DNA from: the human T2T-CHM13v2.0 reference genome, Homo sapiens
Direction: 5' to 3' (one strand)
Assembly (NCBI RefSeq): GCF_009914755.1
Contig: NC_060938.1
DNA length: 64,000 nucleotides
Shown here: in pieces, positions 1 through 16,289 of the stretch
Position numbering within the stretch: position 1 is the first letter of the stretch
How the letters are laid out: each line of letters begins with the position of its first letter
Made by a program: the position numbers and the translations under genes
The notes under the pieces: model-generated
What the model saw: only the letters and a program-made list of their open reading frames with translations
Told to the model about the DNA's origin: nothing
Databases searched by the model: none

Positions 1-1229
1 AAACTATCCAGTGGCTCTCTGTTGGTCATCTGGAGAGACCCCCATCTTTGAGGGGCCCACAGTGCCCTGCGAGCTCTAGCAGCAATTTTCTTCTCCAGCC
101 GCATCCTGCACCGGTTCCTGCCTCCCTGTTCCCTGTCTGCCATCTCAGCTTTCACTAGGGCTACTGAAGAGGCCTTTTTCTCCTCCTCTCAAACTGCTGC
201 CCCCCACTCCAAAGTTTCTGCCTGAGCTACCTCTATTGCACCCAGATTCTGCTTAACCCTCAGATTCCAGTATAGAACATTCCCAGGATGCCTTTCCTGG
301 CCATTCTTGACTAGATACAAGTCACAGTGGTTTTCTTTGGGAATTCACTAGTTTGTCCTTCAAGGCAGGTTGGGAGGGAACCAAGCCTATTTCTCTTACC
401 ACAATCATGGATGCCCTGTGGCCATTTCTCTCTTTGGATATAAACACCCTTTTGGGGGGCTTTGGAATCTGAAGCTCAGACACAAGACCACTCTTCCCCA
501 TTCCTGTATATGTGGTCTCAAGTGATAACTAAATTATAGGGCATCTAAAGACAGAGCTGGACAATCCCTTACACCAAGCTGTGTGCCCTCCTCCTGCATC
601 ACATGATTTATTGTGATTTTGCCAGGTCTCTTCAGCTGAGGAGGCCTGCCCTCCATGTATCACATGAGACTTTACAAACAGTCTGGGGATGCTGTCCTGT
701 ACCCGCATCCAGGAGTAGATCTCTGGGGGACAGAGGACATTTCTAAGTGACAGAGCTGGACAATATGTGGCATTAGGTTAAGCACATCAATAACTGCTCA
801 TAATTATTTGGTTTTATTTTCTCACGAGTAAAGTGAACATAATAATATTGACCCTGAATATTTTTGAGACTTAGAGAGAAAGGATATAAAAAGATCTGAA
901 GCAGTTGCAGAATGCAAAGCTCACCTGGTGAGCCCCAGCTGGCCCTGCAGACCTTCCTTAGATGGTTCCTGTAAGACCCTTCCATGCCTTTGTCCTCACC
1001 TCCCACCCCCAGGCCCCCGGGAGGGCCTGATAGCCGCATCGGCAAGGCAGCTTTTGGGAGTCCACTTCCTCTGCAGGGCCAACCCAGGCAGGGCAGGGAG
1101 AGCCGGGGCGGCTCCATCCTTTCATTTGTAAAATGATGAAGGGCCCATCTCTTCTGTGACACAGAGGAGGGTGACAGAGGGAGAGGCACACATGTATTGA
1201 CAACCCAGGGCCTTGCTACCTTTACCTTT

Positions 1230-1800
1230 TCGTTTCCTATTTGTACAATAACGGTAAAATGTTTTTACAGAGTAAGCCAACGGTGCTACGGAAACCGAAT
1301 TAGAGCGTCCTTAATTAATATGTCAGAATATAAGAAATGATGAAAATATGTATAATTAAATTCTTGCACTAAAACAGGATTCGAAAATGCGACAAAAATA
1401 GCAGCGCGGCTTTTTTTTTTTTCTTATTTCCCCCTCCCTCCCCAATGGCCTCCCTCCTCTTTCCCTCCCGAAAAACAATAATAATAAAAAAAGAAGTGTG
1501 AAGGCTGTGGCAGCTGCTGCCTGCGTCGACCTCAAAGAACGATTGGGTCACTGGAGCTGACAGGCTGGTCACCCCCAAATTTAGACACAAATTGTCGAGA
1601 TTAAAAATTCTCCCCCAATCAGGTGCCGCCTGCCTTATTTTCATACAAAGATGCCGCAGGCTGTGTGCTATGACAGCTGGACGTGTTGGTTCCCATACAA
1701 GCTCACACAGTGATAAGGCTGTTCAAGACAGGTGCTTGGGAAAGCCAAACTCCTGAATAAATATACAATTACAGTAGGACAACATCGAGAGAGGGAGTTA
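1230..1800. promoter_or_regulatory. Candidate conserved non-coding enhancer (CpG-retaining, repeat-free)
   Basis: 18 CpGs counted in 1230-1685 within AT-rich unique DNA; TTAATTAA 1311-1318, TGACAG 1558-1563 and 1671-1676, CAGCTG/CAGGTG E-boxes, TGATAA 1711-1716. Confidence 0.55.
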
Positions 1801-2435
1801 TTTATTTCTTTATTTTAGCTCCCAGTGTGACACAAAGATGTCCGAGGGCATGACCCTGAATGTTGGTGAGGAAATTAACCTAGGTTTAAGGAAGAATGCA
1901 CCCGGCTCCATCGCCCCTACAACCCCCGAAACCAAAACATGACTGAGTCCCTCCAGACCCAATCCCCCTCTGTCTCCAGAAAGTCCTGGGGATGAACTGC
2001 CTGTTTGTGCTCAAGAGGGAGGAACTTGGGGCTTTCTGAGACCAACAAGGGACTCAGACCCAGGAGCACAGGCATCTTCTCATCTAGGAAAAGAAAGGAG
2101 AAAACCCTTTTCTTATCCCTGGAGATGGAGCGTCACGAGATAGGCTTTTTGGTTTATGAGGAGGGAGTCGGGTGCTTTAGGAAATTTCTTTCTGGGGATT
2201 GCTGTCTCCACTTCACCACCATAAATGGCAATTCCCTACTCTAACCTCCAGAGAGGAGAAAGGGAGGCTCTGCCAGATGGGTTGCAGTTCTTACTGGGAA
2301 TAAGATGACCCATTAAGAGGGAAGTGTTTATAAGCCCACGGCAGACGAGGCCAGAGTCTTTAAAACAGAGACAAGATCCTTTCTGTAAAAGTGATCAGAG
2401 ATGTTCTGGGGCACCTGGTCAGGTGTGCGCATGGG

Positions 2436-2590
2436 AGATGGACCTCGATTCAAACCTTGGTTGCCACACACTCTCTGTGTGACTGTAGGTGAGTTACCAA
2501 CTAGGACTCAGTTTTCTCACCTATTAAATGGGAACCATGTTACTTACCTCCTGGGGTTGTGGTGGAAATTAAAGAATTATGAAAAGACCC
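2436..2590 (+). mobile_element. MIR SINE fragment
   Basis: Degenerate MIR core: ctgtgtgactgtaggtgagtta...ctcagttttctcacctattaaatggga. Confidence 0.7.
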
Positions 2591-4704
2591 GTAGTTGATA
2601 CAGAGACAGGCTGCCCAGAGACCCTTGCCAGGAAGTGATCCGCAGACAGCACCCAGATCTCAAACCCACGTGCTTGCCTTTCCAAAGACAGCACACATCT
2701 GGGGACTGAGCAGGGTGGAAATGCCTGGGCCCAGCTATCAGCCAGATGCCTTCTGGTCTCCTGGGGGTAATGCTCATCCCAGAGCTGGGCTGACCGACCT
2801 CTGCTGGGCCTACTGCCCTGCTTGTGGGTCTCCCCTGCCTCCTCTCTCTGGTGCAGATCCCTGATAGGCATCTTGTTTCCAAACTCCATGTCAGCATCTG
2901 CTTCCTTCCTAAGAACCCAATCTCTGCTAAGATCTTAGCTCCAGTTCTGGCCTAGGGTGAGCACTCCAAATGGGGGCTTAAGAATTTCCAGCACAGCCCT
3001 CCTAGAGGAGCCACACCGGAATGAGTTAAACCTGAGAAGATGGACACCTAATCAGTTGCACAGTGGTTTCAGCACGGAAGAAACACTGTGTACCCAGGAG
3101 GGGGCCTGGACTTCTGGGAGCCTATGATGGAGGGGGGTGGGGGGAAGAGACAAAAAAAAAAGAGAGAGAGAAAGAGTTCAAGAGACTGTGATTATTCAGC
3201 AGTCCTGGATTCAGGAAACCGGAGAATTCAGTCCCCGGAGAAGGGTTCTCAGCGGGATGAAGGAGACAGTCCCTCTGAGCACAGCCTACTCCCCATACCT
3301 TGTTTCTCAACTCGCCCAGCATCATCTTGATTCTCAATCTGGATTATTGAGTCCATTGACACTAGAAAGAAAAGGCGTGGAAGACAAAGGATACGATGAA
3401 ACAAAACTCTGGATCCTGGGAGGTTCCGTCTTAACACACCGACACGTGTTAAATACCAGCTGGAAGTGAACACCAGCCCCGCCATTTGTAAATGCCATCA
3501 TATGAGCCTGTGCTGAAGCTTCCCGAGCCTCATCTCCAGGCTCGTCCTCGGGAGGAGATGAGTGGATGTATTACAAATGCTCAGAACTGCTCCAGGCACC
3601 AAGTGGGAGGACAAGACATGGCCATTCCCCTTCCACATGCAGAGACCCTTGACCTTTGGGTTGGGGGCACTTGTAAGTCACTAGAAGGGGCTTCTAGTCT
3701 TTCTTCTGCCTGCTGTGAAGCCCTGAGGTGTATTGTCTCTAAAATTTATGTCAGATAGTCTATGACTCAAAGTCACTTCTCCTTCTCTGAGTGTCTTTAC
3801 CAACTAGTGCCATTTGTTTGGCTCTTGGTGTCCCTGGATCCCTGTGTCCCCTACAATGCCAACACACAATAGCTGCTCAAAAAATAGGTGAGTACATTCA
3901 ACCACATGTGGGACTGATGGGAAAAGTTCTATTTTTTTCTGGGTACCTTTCGGCTAATTCGAATGGCAAAGACACATGAACAGATATGTTTGCTTAGAGA
4001 TAAAGCAGCATGCTCCACTCCTTTCAATGTGACACACATTACCTCTGCCAGCAGAGGGTGGGTTCATCCCGTGCTGTGTTCTGGGAATTGTCCATGTGTT
4101 CTCTAACCTTGCTTGAAGTGTCCTCAGGCTACCTGGCCTGTGATATCAAGAATACCTTCTGCGGAAACTCAGTGCTCCCCCTGCCAAAGAACTTTCGCAT
4201 CATCTCCGTCACTCCCCACTCCTCAGCCTCTTCCTTCTCTGGTCATTCAGTCTTCATCACCTCCCATAACATTTCACCTGTTACCCACTGTTCATTCGCA
4301 GAGTAGATACCATCCTTCGTCCTTCATTCATTTGACAAGGAAATGCTAGTTAAATACCAGACAGCAGTGGTTAACCACTTCCATAGAAACACAGACTGTG
4401 CCCCAGGATAATTACAGCACAGGAAAGGACCACTCACAGTTACATATTAGACACTATATCAGACACTGCATCCATAGGTAAATGGACTATCCTGCAGCGT
4501 GGGTAGGTCCTGGGCTCACAGTCTCTCTACTTAGTACTTGCCCACCCCTAGAGGTTCATCCGTCTCTTCCTCAGATCAGAGAGTTTCCACAGTCTTCTCT
4601 CTCATGGCCCAAGAATTTCCAGAAAAAGATCCCTAAGCAGTTCCACACTATACAAAAAAAAAAAAAAAAACATGAATGTGCATGATATTTATGTGCTTAT
4701 ATAT

Positions 4705-5024
4705 GCTAAGAAAGAATAAATAAGAAAGAAAGGGAGAGAAGAAGAGAGTGAGGGAGGGATGAAAGAAGAAATGAAGGAAGAAAGGAAGAAAAGAAGGAAG
4801 GAAGAAAGGAAGGGAGGGAGGGAGTGAGGGAGGGAGGAGGGAAAGAAGGAAGGAAAAAAGAACAGAGGGAGGGAAGGAAGGAAGGAAGAAAGGAAGGAAG
4901 GGAGGGAGGGAGGAGGCAAAGAAGGAAGGGAGGGAGGGAGGGAGGAGGGAAAGAAGGAAGGAAAAAAGAACCGAGGGAGGGAAGGAAGAAAGGAAAGAAG
5001 GAAGGAAGGAAAGAAGAAAGGAAA
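4705..5024 (+). repeat. Polypurine (GGAA/GGGA/GAAA)n compound microsatellite
   Basis: About 320 bp almost purely A/G; an internal ~55 bp block is repeated near 4828 and 4935. Confidence 0.95.
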
Positions 5025-5124
5025 TGACTTTTATTATACAGAAAATTTTAACTCCCTAGTGTCTCAAATTCATCTTATAAGACCAGGCTTTCAGTCTTCA
5101 TAGCCAATAAGCCAAGTAAGCTAA

Positions 5125-5341
<217 letters not shown>

Positions 5342-5551
5342 GAAGATAAACTCTATCTATTCTCTGACCCCCTCCACACACACACAGCTGGAATAGAGAA
5401 ATGTCTACAGGAATCTTTAAAAATAACCTTTTGCTCATCCTCACCACACAAACACAGGGACAGGATTTGGATATAAACTTACCCAGACTCCTAGTGTGTT
5501 CTGGGCTCAGTTCTGAGAGCTTGCCATGAAACCTACAACAGTACAAGGAAG

Positions 5552-5670
5552 ATCCTATTTTTACTCAATTTGACAGATGAGGAAACATCTGAGAAAGTGA
5601 CATGATTTGCCTGAGCTGCTAAGTTGCTCAGTTGGAATTGAGTTGAAGGGGACTGGCTCTAGCATCCCCA
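5552..5670 (-). mobile_element. MIR fragment
   Basis: tttgacagatgaggaaac...gtgacatgatttgcctgag. Confidence 0.65.
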
Positions 5671-7029
5671 CCTGCTCAATAGCCTGACACACACACACAC
5701 ATGCGTGCATGCACACACACACACACACACACAGATACAGCCCTGGCATTTGTCGTTGATGTATAAAACACCACCTGTTCAACTTCAGAGGAGAAGCCTT
5801 TTCTGGGTCTGACTGCACAGTTCCCACTGACCCTCTGACATATAGCTGAAGCATAGCAGGTGGGTTCTCCACTGGCCGCTTCAAAGAGCTACCTAGAATT
5901 CAGCAAAGGGCACGTCCTCCAAGTCCCTGCCCATGGTCCCTACCCATGACCAAGCTGGAGTGAATGACTGCCCAGCCAGCCCTATCAGGCCCACGCTGCT
6001 TGGCCATTTCTCCAAGACACTCTGAGATTCATGCTTACGTTAGGTCAGCCCATGTGGGTGTTGTGTCTCTGCAGAGTTCTCAGAACCTCCCTAGAACTTC
6101 TCTGAGCCAGCACTGGCATTGCAGCAGCCCTCACTGAAAGAACTGGACTTCTCCAGAGGAAATAATTTGTTTTATTTTATGGACATAGGGACTCATGTGA
6201 CTAATTCTGTCTCCATCTTGGGATGTTCTGTGTGCCTCCGACTTCTACGAAAGACCTAGTGCCTCATGCTGGGTATTAACTTTACCCTGGCTTGATGATA
6301 TTTCTTTCTTTTATAATACTTTCAAATTTTCCTAAATTTTTTACTCATTTCTATTTTGTTGACCCAGGTGCATTACCGCAGCCTTTCTCAAGTCCTTTGA
6401 GAGTGAGGCTGAGTACCTGCAAATAGTCAAACAAAATCACCAATAAATTTTGATGGCCTTTGAAGTTTAAAAACGGAGACGATGTTTTGGCTAAGGTGGA
6501 CTACTCTATTTTTACTCTATTTGTCCAAGGCAGAGAAGCAAGTTTGTGTGTGTGTGTTTTTGTGCAGTTGGAAGGGAAGCAGGTGAATTTGCAATAAACA
6601 TATCCTGAAAGGCTTTCCTCCAGATGGCTGGAGGACTCCCCTAGTTTCCAAAGTAGCCAAAGGGCTGCCCTGGAAAGCAGGTGGATCAAAACAGTGTCAA
6701 TGGACTTGAGAAGCACTAGCCTCCCGGGCCATCCCCAGGTGGAGAAGTGGCCTGCCTTGGCCCTGAGGTGGGAAACCAGCCCAGCTACTGCTGGACAGGT
6801 GTTCATGTCTCAACCCTGCACCTGCTCCCAGAGGAGGTCAAAGGGTAAGAGGATCAGGTGTTCTTGCGAGTGCCCCCATGAAACCCAAGCTCTGTGCTGG
6901 GGAGTAGGGCTCGGGTCTCATCAGTGGGCCACCCTGCCAGCTGGGGCTGTGTGATGCCTACTAGTCGGGACGAGGAGGTGTCACAGGCAGAATCAAACTG
7001 CATGGCCACTGCGGCCATCTGTCTTGTTG

Positions 7030-7180
7030 CATTTGTGTGTTGCCTGTCTCCCCCACCAGACTGTAAAGTAGAACCTATATGCTCTACAAAAGGGGCACAT
7101 TTGCCTGTCTAGTTCACCTGTACATCCTCAGGGTTTAGAATAGGGCTATCGTTATAATAGGTGCTCAATAAGTCTTTGTA
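7030..7180 (+). mobile_element. L2 3' end
   Basis: ccagactgtaaag...tagttcacctgtacatcctcagg...taggtgctcaataa. Confidence 0.65.
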
Positions 7181-7398
7181 AAAGGAAGGAAGGAGGGAAG
7201 TAGGAAAGAAAGGATAGGGAGAGGAAGGGAGGGAGGAAGGGAGGAAGGAAGGAAGGGAGGCAGAGAGACAGGGAGGGAGGGAGGAAGGGAGAAGGGAAGG
7301 AAGGAAGAAAGGAAGGAAGGAAGGAAGGAAAGAAAGAAGGAAGGAAGGAAAGAAAGAAGGAAGGAAGGAAGGAAAGAAAGAAGGAAGGAAGGGAAGAC
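7181..7398 (+). repeat. (GGAA/GAAA)n polypurine microsatellite
   Basis: Direct reading. Confidence 0.95.
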
Positions 7399-7496
7399 AG
7401 AAACTTGAAGTTTTTAGTATTCAGTGGCCAGAGTTCACCTGAGTGGCTGTAGGATGTGTACACCTATCTAAGGTATATGTTACAATATAAAATATG

Positions 7497-7814
<318 letters not shown>

Positions 7815-7959
7815 TTATAATGGGGTGCAAACAGTAACCTAGGGGAACAAAGTGGGATGGGGGTGAGATTAATTCCAAACAGATCCAGAAGGGAAAGACT
7901 CCTCAGATGAGATGACTTTTTTTTATTGTGCTTTGAAAGCTGGAAGGTGATCTCTTATC

Positions 7960-8455
7960 TTTTTTTCAAAATATTTTTTCTAATTATAAGTTTAATACTT
8001 TTTCATTAGTGAGCAGTTGGATAATGAAGACAAGTATAAACACAAAATTAAAATTTTCCATAAATAAATGCATCATTCAGTTGAGAAGCACTATTATTAA
8101 CGTTTTGGTGTGTGTTTTATTCCAGTCTTGTTTTTTTCTGAATTTTTTCATAACTGAAGCCAATTATGTGTATTGTGTATTTTAATTAATACTGTATAAT
8201 GTGCATTTTTCAATATCTAAATATCTTGGCAAACGTTCTTAATCACCTTATCTCTTTCCTCATATGGATATTTCATAATTTACCTGACCGTTTCTAAATT
8301 ATTTGCTTTTTATATTGGTAAAATTTCCATTCTTATAAATATTTAGTTGGAAAACATCCTTTGTAGAATTATTCACATTTAGATTATTGCCTTAGAATGG
8401 TAAGTTAAAATGAAATAACTCAATTGAATATATGCTTTTAGACTTTGGTATAAAT
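7960..8455 (-). mobile_element. Ancient L1M (L1ME-like) 3' UTR fragment
   Basis: AT-rich with L1ME-type motifs (cataatttacctgacc, aacatccttt, ttagattattgccttaga). Confidence 0.5.
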
Positions 8456-8562
8456 GAAGAAGGAGAGGAAAGTCAGGAAGAATCTCATCGACTTGGAAAT
8501 TGGCATTAAGCAAAAGTGTTCTGACTCACATCTCTGTATAATCTTGAGTGCAAAAGATGAGA

Positions 8563-9172
8563 AGGTAGTGCTTGTTTTGGTAGTGGTGGTGGTTTTGGAG
8601 ATGGTGGTGAGGGTTTAGAGATGATGGTGGTGGTTTTTATGTGATGATGGTGGTGATAGTGTTTGATGTTGCATTGATGACAATAATGGTTAGGGTATTG
8701 AAAATGGCAGTGGATGATGTAGTGATTGTGGTGTCTTGGCAGTGGTGATAGTGGTGATTAATGTGGTAGAAGGGGATGTGGTTGTTTGAATGGTGTGAAT
8801 GATGGTGGCAGTGGGCATGATGATGATGGGAGTAGTGGTTGTGGAGGTATTAGTGTTGATGATGGTGACAGTTGTGGTAGTGATAATAGTACTGGTAGAT
8901 GTGGTTGTGATTGTGTTGACAGTGGTGGTGGTGGTTTTGGTTGTGTTAGTGGTAGTTGTTTTGACGGTGACAGTGAGTGTGATGATGGTAATGGCAGTAG
9001 TTGTGATGGTGGTTGTGGAGGTGATGATGTGGTAGTAGTGGTGATGCTTGTGATGGAAGTAATGGTGGCGATGATAATACTGGTAGATGTGGCTGTGCTG
9101 GTGTTGATGGTGGTAGTGATGATGGTAATGATGGTTGTAGTGATGGTGCTGATGGTATTGATGGTGGTAATG
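8563..9172 (+). repeat. Degenerate (TGG/TGA/TAG)n trinucleotide low-complexity tract
   Basis: About 600 bp of GGT/GAT/GTA triplets; source of the spurious poly-V/M and G/D/S ORFs. Confidence 0.92.
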
Positions 9173-9601
9173 TATATTTTTTCATTGGAAATGTGACAGT
9201 AAGTGGTACTGCTAGAAAACTTCCTTTCTTTGGCATCTCACCAATCTGTCAAATTTCAGTTTTGTTAATGATGTTCTGTCAACAATACCATTATTGGAAT
9301 GAAGATTCCTTTAATTGACTAAGATTACAATAATACTACGAAAAAGTAAATTTGCTAAACAAGATTCACAAGGGTCAGTCTGTGTGCAAATCCTTACTCT
9401 AGCCTAGTAAATGCGATTGGCCTCAGTCTTGCTTGTGCTTACAAAATCACATGTTCTAAGGAGAAAAGATTTTGATTTAATTATAAGTTCATTTAGCTTA
9501 ACAATGTTATATTAATCATCTTTTGTATCCATCTACAGAAGAATACATTATCCCCAAGAACGTTTATCTCTTCTTCTTCCTTCTCCACATATTTCTGTAT
9601 A

Positions 9602-10251
<650 letters not shown>

Positions 10252-10929
10252 CATTAGAGCATGCCCAGGTAAACAATACCTTTGGCGATCTAGGAAGAAT
10301 ATGTTGTAAACTGGCATGAGCTTGGACTCTGGAGTTAGTTGTGACACTAACTGCTAAAGTCCCTTCAGTCTCTGAATTGGGGAATTGATATTTACATCAG
10401 AATGAGAGCAGTAACCTTTTGAAATTGCCTTTACTATAGAAGTGCAGGGTATAAGCTCCTACCTAATCAAGCTAAATTTAAAATTTTGCCTTGATCTTCC
10501 TGGTAGCTAGGTCAAAAAGGGCAAGATGTTTAGCATGTTTATGGCCCAAAAGGAGTAAAGTTTTTCAGGCAAACTCTTGTCTGCCTAACAGTCTAGAGTA
10601 AATTATCATCACACAGGATTTCATAAAGGGACAAGTATAGTGTCCTTAACAGTATCCTCATGGTGCAGGTAGCACTGAGTGTTGCCCTGTCCTAAGGGAA
10701 GGATGAGGTCAAAAGATCAAAGGCCATTTAGTGAAAGAAATTCTGTGAGTTGGGCAAAATAGCGTGGACCAAATACCAACTCTCAGTAATTTTATTTACT
10801 TGAGGGGTAAAAGTGAAACAATAGATTGCCCACATGTCTTTTGAAAAGTCCTTCATAACTGCCAGCTCTCGTAAGCTTAGATGGCTAATACAGAAATATT
10901 CTCACCATCCTCTGTGTCATCAGGCCTAA

Positions 10930-11260
10930 GAGGCCTCAGCGACGGACTGAGAGGCTGAGGGGCGCTCTGCACTTAACCCAGTACATGGGCTGAGCCTCGG
11001 CCACGCAAATAAATCATCACGTATTTTCAATTAGTTTGCACTCTCACTAGCTGCTGTCCTGAATAATTAGGAAAACGATTCACATGCTGCCAGGAGCCGA
11101 TCTGAAGTGTTATCTCTGGGATAATTATCTGTCTGCAGTTCAGTCTCCCCTGCTCCTCCCAGGTCAGCCCGGCCGCAGGAGGACACCCAGAGAGCATTAA
11201 TGAGCTCTCATTGAAGATGTTAAAAAGCTTGTATTGATCTGTTTGTCCAAGAAGGAGATA
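10930..11260. promoter_or_regulatory. Candidate enhancer (GATA, PBX-HOX motifs)
   Basis: Repeat-free with several CpGs; ATAAATCA near 11009, TTATCT 11110-11115, palindrome GATAATTATC 11120-11129. Confidence 0.3.
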
Positions 11261-11451
11261 TTTAAGCCTCTCTGCTGAGGGCAGGAGAGACTGGCGAACC
11301 CTATCACAGAGCCTGTTAGCTGGCCTCTGCTGCTCCTGCCAGCCCCGCCCTCCTCCCTGCAGGTCTCCTTCCAGAGGTCAGACTTCAAACTCATCATGCA
11401 GCTTTCCAACCTGCCCCCTGTGCCACTTTCCCAGTGTTTGTTTTCTTTGAA

Positions 11452-11504
<53 letters not shown>

Positions 11505-11506
11505 GA
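11452..11506 (+). repeat. (TG)n(AG)n microsatellite
   Basis: Direct reading. Confidence 0.95.
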
Positions 11507-11519
11507 ATGAGGGAAGGAA

Positions 11520-13035
<1,516 letters not shown>

Positions 13036-13499
13036 TTTTAGAAGGAAGGGAGGAAGGTAAAAATGTAAGAAAGGAATAAAAAAAGGAAAGAAAGAGGACA
13101 AGAATAATAACTTGGCTTCCTTCCCAGCATGAAGGACATCGTACACTGGACTTGGCAAGGATAACTTTATAATAGGACTCTGGGGCCTTAGCCTGAATCA
13201 CAGGGTGTTCAGCTTAGCAGAATGTGCAAGGACTAAGATTTCAGCTTGCAGTTAGGAGAGCAGGAGTCTGGTTCCAACCCTGCTGTGAAGAAGAGAAAGT
13301 CCCTAAAACTCAGCATCTTGGGTTTCCTAGTCCCATCTACAGCTAGGGTTGGACTCTAGTGTGCAAATCCTTGTGGAGTCACCAAGCTTCCTTTGGAGTC
13401 AGCATAACTTAGGGTGGCTGGTGCAGATTCTTCATGCACCAGGCTACCATGCCGGGTGAGATAAGACAAAGAGACAGCATGAATGGAGGGACAGCATTA

Positions 13500-13930
13500 G
13501 ACCCGAAGCCAAGAGACCTGGGCTTTGTGCCCTGACTTCAGCAGGTGCCAGCTGTACCATTTTGGGAAATCATGTCACCTCTCTGAGCCTCAGTATTTGC
13601 ATCTGTGTAATGGGGGTACAGACGCAGGGCCTCGCTTGCACACAACAATCACTCACTGAATGGCATCTGAACTGAAAGACTCTGTGTGAGGATGGGGAGA
13701 GTCTCTGCGAGGTAAGGCAGAATAAAACAGTTCACAGTTGGTGCAGACTTTGGAGCCAAACGAAATGGGTTCAGTTCCCTCAAACAGAGCTGAGATTTGC
13801 TCACTACTTAATTCACTGTCTTGGTTTTCTTATCTGGAAAATGGAGACAATATGATGTGTCTGCCTGGGTGGCTGGAGGTTTCAAGATAGTGACAAATGC
13901 AAATGCTCTAGAAAGAACAAGCACTTTGGC
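13500..13930 (+). mobile_element. Two MIR fragments
   Basis: cacctctctgagcctcagtatttgcatctgtgtaatggg and ttggttttcttatctggaaaatggagacaata. Confidence 0.65.
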
Positions 13931-14529
13931 AACATTCACTTCCTCACTCCCCACCCCCACCCTGCTCTCCTCCTGCCCCCTCAAATGGAAGAGGTGATTG
14001 TCATTACTGTATTGCCTGGTTGATGTTGGAACAATTCCATCTTTGTCCCCAGGTCTTACCTAACCACCGGATCAGATTCTATTGACGTGACAACCCGCCC
14101 TCTCCCATCTGCCAGCTGAGAATATTCATGCTAAACTGCTGATTTCTGTCTCAGAATAAAGGCACACCCTCCCCGCAAATCTGCACGCTTCGGGTAAATT
14201 CTGAGAGGCGCCTAGCTAACTCGCGGAGGCTATAGAAGCAGGTGAGCCTGGGGGCTCTGCGTACACACCTTTGTGTCTCCTGAGAGGTCAACCAGCCGTG
14301 TGGCCCTAATTAAGAGCTTACATCTCACATCCATCTGCCCAACTTCATGATAGCTCTTCACTGGAAAATGTATTCCTTTGTCCCCCAGCCCCCGCCTGAG
14401 TATGCGGTCCTGTCAAAAGGTCACTGTTATGGAGCGTGGGACCGTGGAGACCTCAGGAGGAATAGGGGGATTGTGGTCAGCCCTGGTGGGAATGGATAGC
14501 TTCACCAGTCAGAGCAGGAGCTAAAAAAA

Positions 14530-14810
14530 ATCAGCAATAATAATAATAAATAAATAAAAGCTTGCACCAAGAGCATGCGTATCTGGACCAAACAATAGTT
14601 TGGAACCTTTTGAGAGGGGCAGTTCCTATCAAATAATGGCGTTTTATTGATATGGTAATTTTTATATTAACAAATGTGTGCTGGAAATGCTGTGATTTAT
14701 TTTTTTCTTGGAGGGGAAAAAAGTAGCTTGCATGTGGCATCAATAATGATATGCTAATGACCTGCTTCCAAATTTAGATTAAAAAATTTAATTGGCAAAT
14801 CTCAGAGCTG
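14530..14810. promoter_or_regulatory. Candidate conserved developmental enhancer
   Basis: AACAATAG 14591, TTTTATTG 14642, TGATTTAT 14693, ATCAATAA 14739, ATGCTAAT 14751; no repeat similarity seen. Confidence 0.45.
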
Positions 14811-15239
14811 AGAAGATGGCTTTCCTGATTGCGGCCCAGTTTTAAGGTCCAAATATAAGGTTTGGTAAACTTAAGATTTCAGGCAGGCCTCAATATAGGA
14901 TCTCTATAACTAGGATATGGACTTGTTTAGGGTTGTAGATTAATTATACTACTGGATCTGCGTATATCTCAAATTTAGATCATCCTGGTTTGACAGAATG
15001 GAAACATCCAACAAATGCTGACTGGGACCATTTTCCCCTTTCTGTGCACACACACAGACACACACACACACACATGCATATGCACACACATGTACACAGA
15101 AAGCCTAAAGGGGGCTGTGTAAACAAAAATGTTTGGTATGGACAGAGACAGCTTCCCTGATGAAAACAATGGCAAATTAGTCTTGTTATATTTTTTAAAT
15201 AACTTCTATACCTGTATATGATTTCACAATAACCTGGAA

Positions 15240-15300
15240 ATATATATATCTATATCTATATTTATATATATATATATACATATATAAATATATATAAAAT
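15240..15300 (+). repeat. (TA)n microsatellite
   Basis: Direct reading. Confidence 0.9.
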
Positions 15301-16289
15301 AAATGTTATTTGTCCATTCTATCCAGCAAGGCAGAAATATCACAAGATATCTAAATTAGGATTTAAAGAAGAGGGGGAAAAAAGAGAAATCTTTTGGATA
15401 ATAATGAATAAGCCCACCGTGTCCCTGGATTCATTCTTCCTGTTTCTTTCTTTTCCAACCTCTGTCTTATCCCTTCTCTTATTCACTCCTCTTTCTCTGT
15501 GCATCCTTTTTCATTTTTATTACATTCACTCTCTCATAATCACCTCATACTCTATGTATTCTCTTTCTTTCTCTCTCTTTTTTTCGTCTTTCTTTCTTCC
15601 TCTTTCCCCCATCCTCCTCCTCCTTCCCTCCCTTCCTCACTTCACTCTCTCCCCTTCCTTTATTTCTATGCTCCTTCCATTATGGCATTTAGGCAAGTGA
15701 TTTTCTGATTAACCATGATGGGTGGAGGTCAGGCTAGGCTGAGTATTGACACTTTTGATTAATCCATACAAATCACTGGTCAAAGGGAAACTTCTTGTTT
15801 GACTCTAGACAACGTTTATGCCAGAGTCAGAATTTCTTTCTTGGGAGGAAGCGCCCAGTGAATAAACCTGAATATTCTGATATAGCTCGAGGTCTTGACC
15901 TTTGGAGTCTGTTAGCATGGCTGAGGTAGAGTGGAGTCAGAGGCAGCCCTGGGGAGCCTCCTGCAGATGTAGCTTTGGTAACAGGGACATTAGCTGACAT
16001 AGAAGCTTTCTGGTGATTTCTCTCTTTCCCCTGGATGTTTGGAGTTGGAAAAAAAAATCAGTTCTCAATGGTTCCAGTACTTGGAACTATGCTCTATTTA
16101 GACAATTGCAATGTCTCTAAAGTGCTGTGTAATAAATTATAGCTCTTGGTTAAGTGCTATAGGTGCCAGGTGTTAAGAATGTAAACTCCGAATCACCCTC
16201 TGAGATGCTACTATTATATTCAGTAGAGCAGACCCTTTTCTGTAGGGCACCCTCCAGGTGACTGGCATACTTATGGGACATGGTGTTAG

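Noticed and set aside
542-764. Repeated gacagagctggacaat (550-565 and 749-764)
   Set aside because: Only 16 bp exact; it could be a fifth tiny local duplication but is too short to support.
8786-9236. ORFs encoding G/D/S/C-rich, poly-V/M and H/P-rich peptides
   Set aside because: They are translations of a degenerate trinucleotide repeat.
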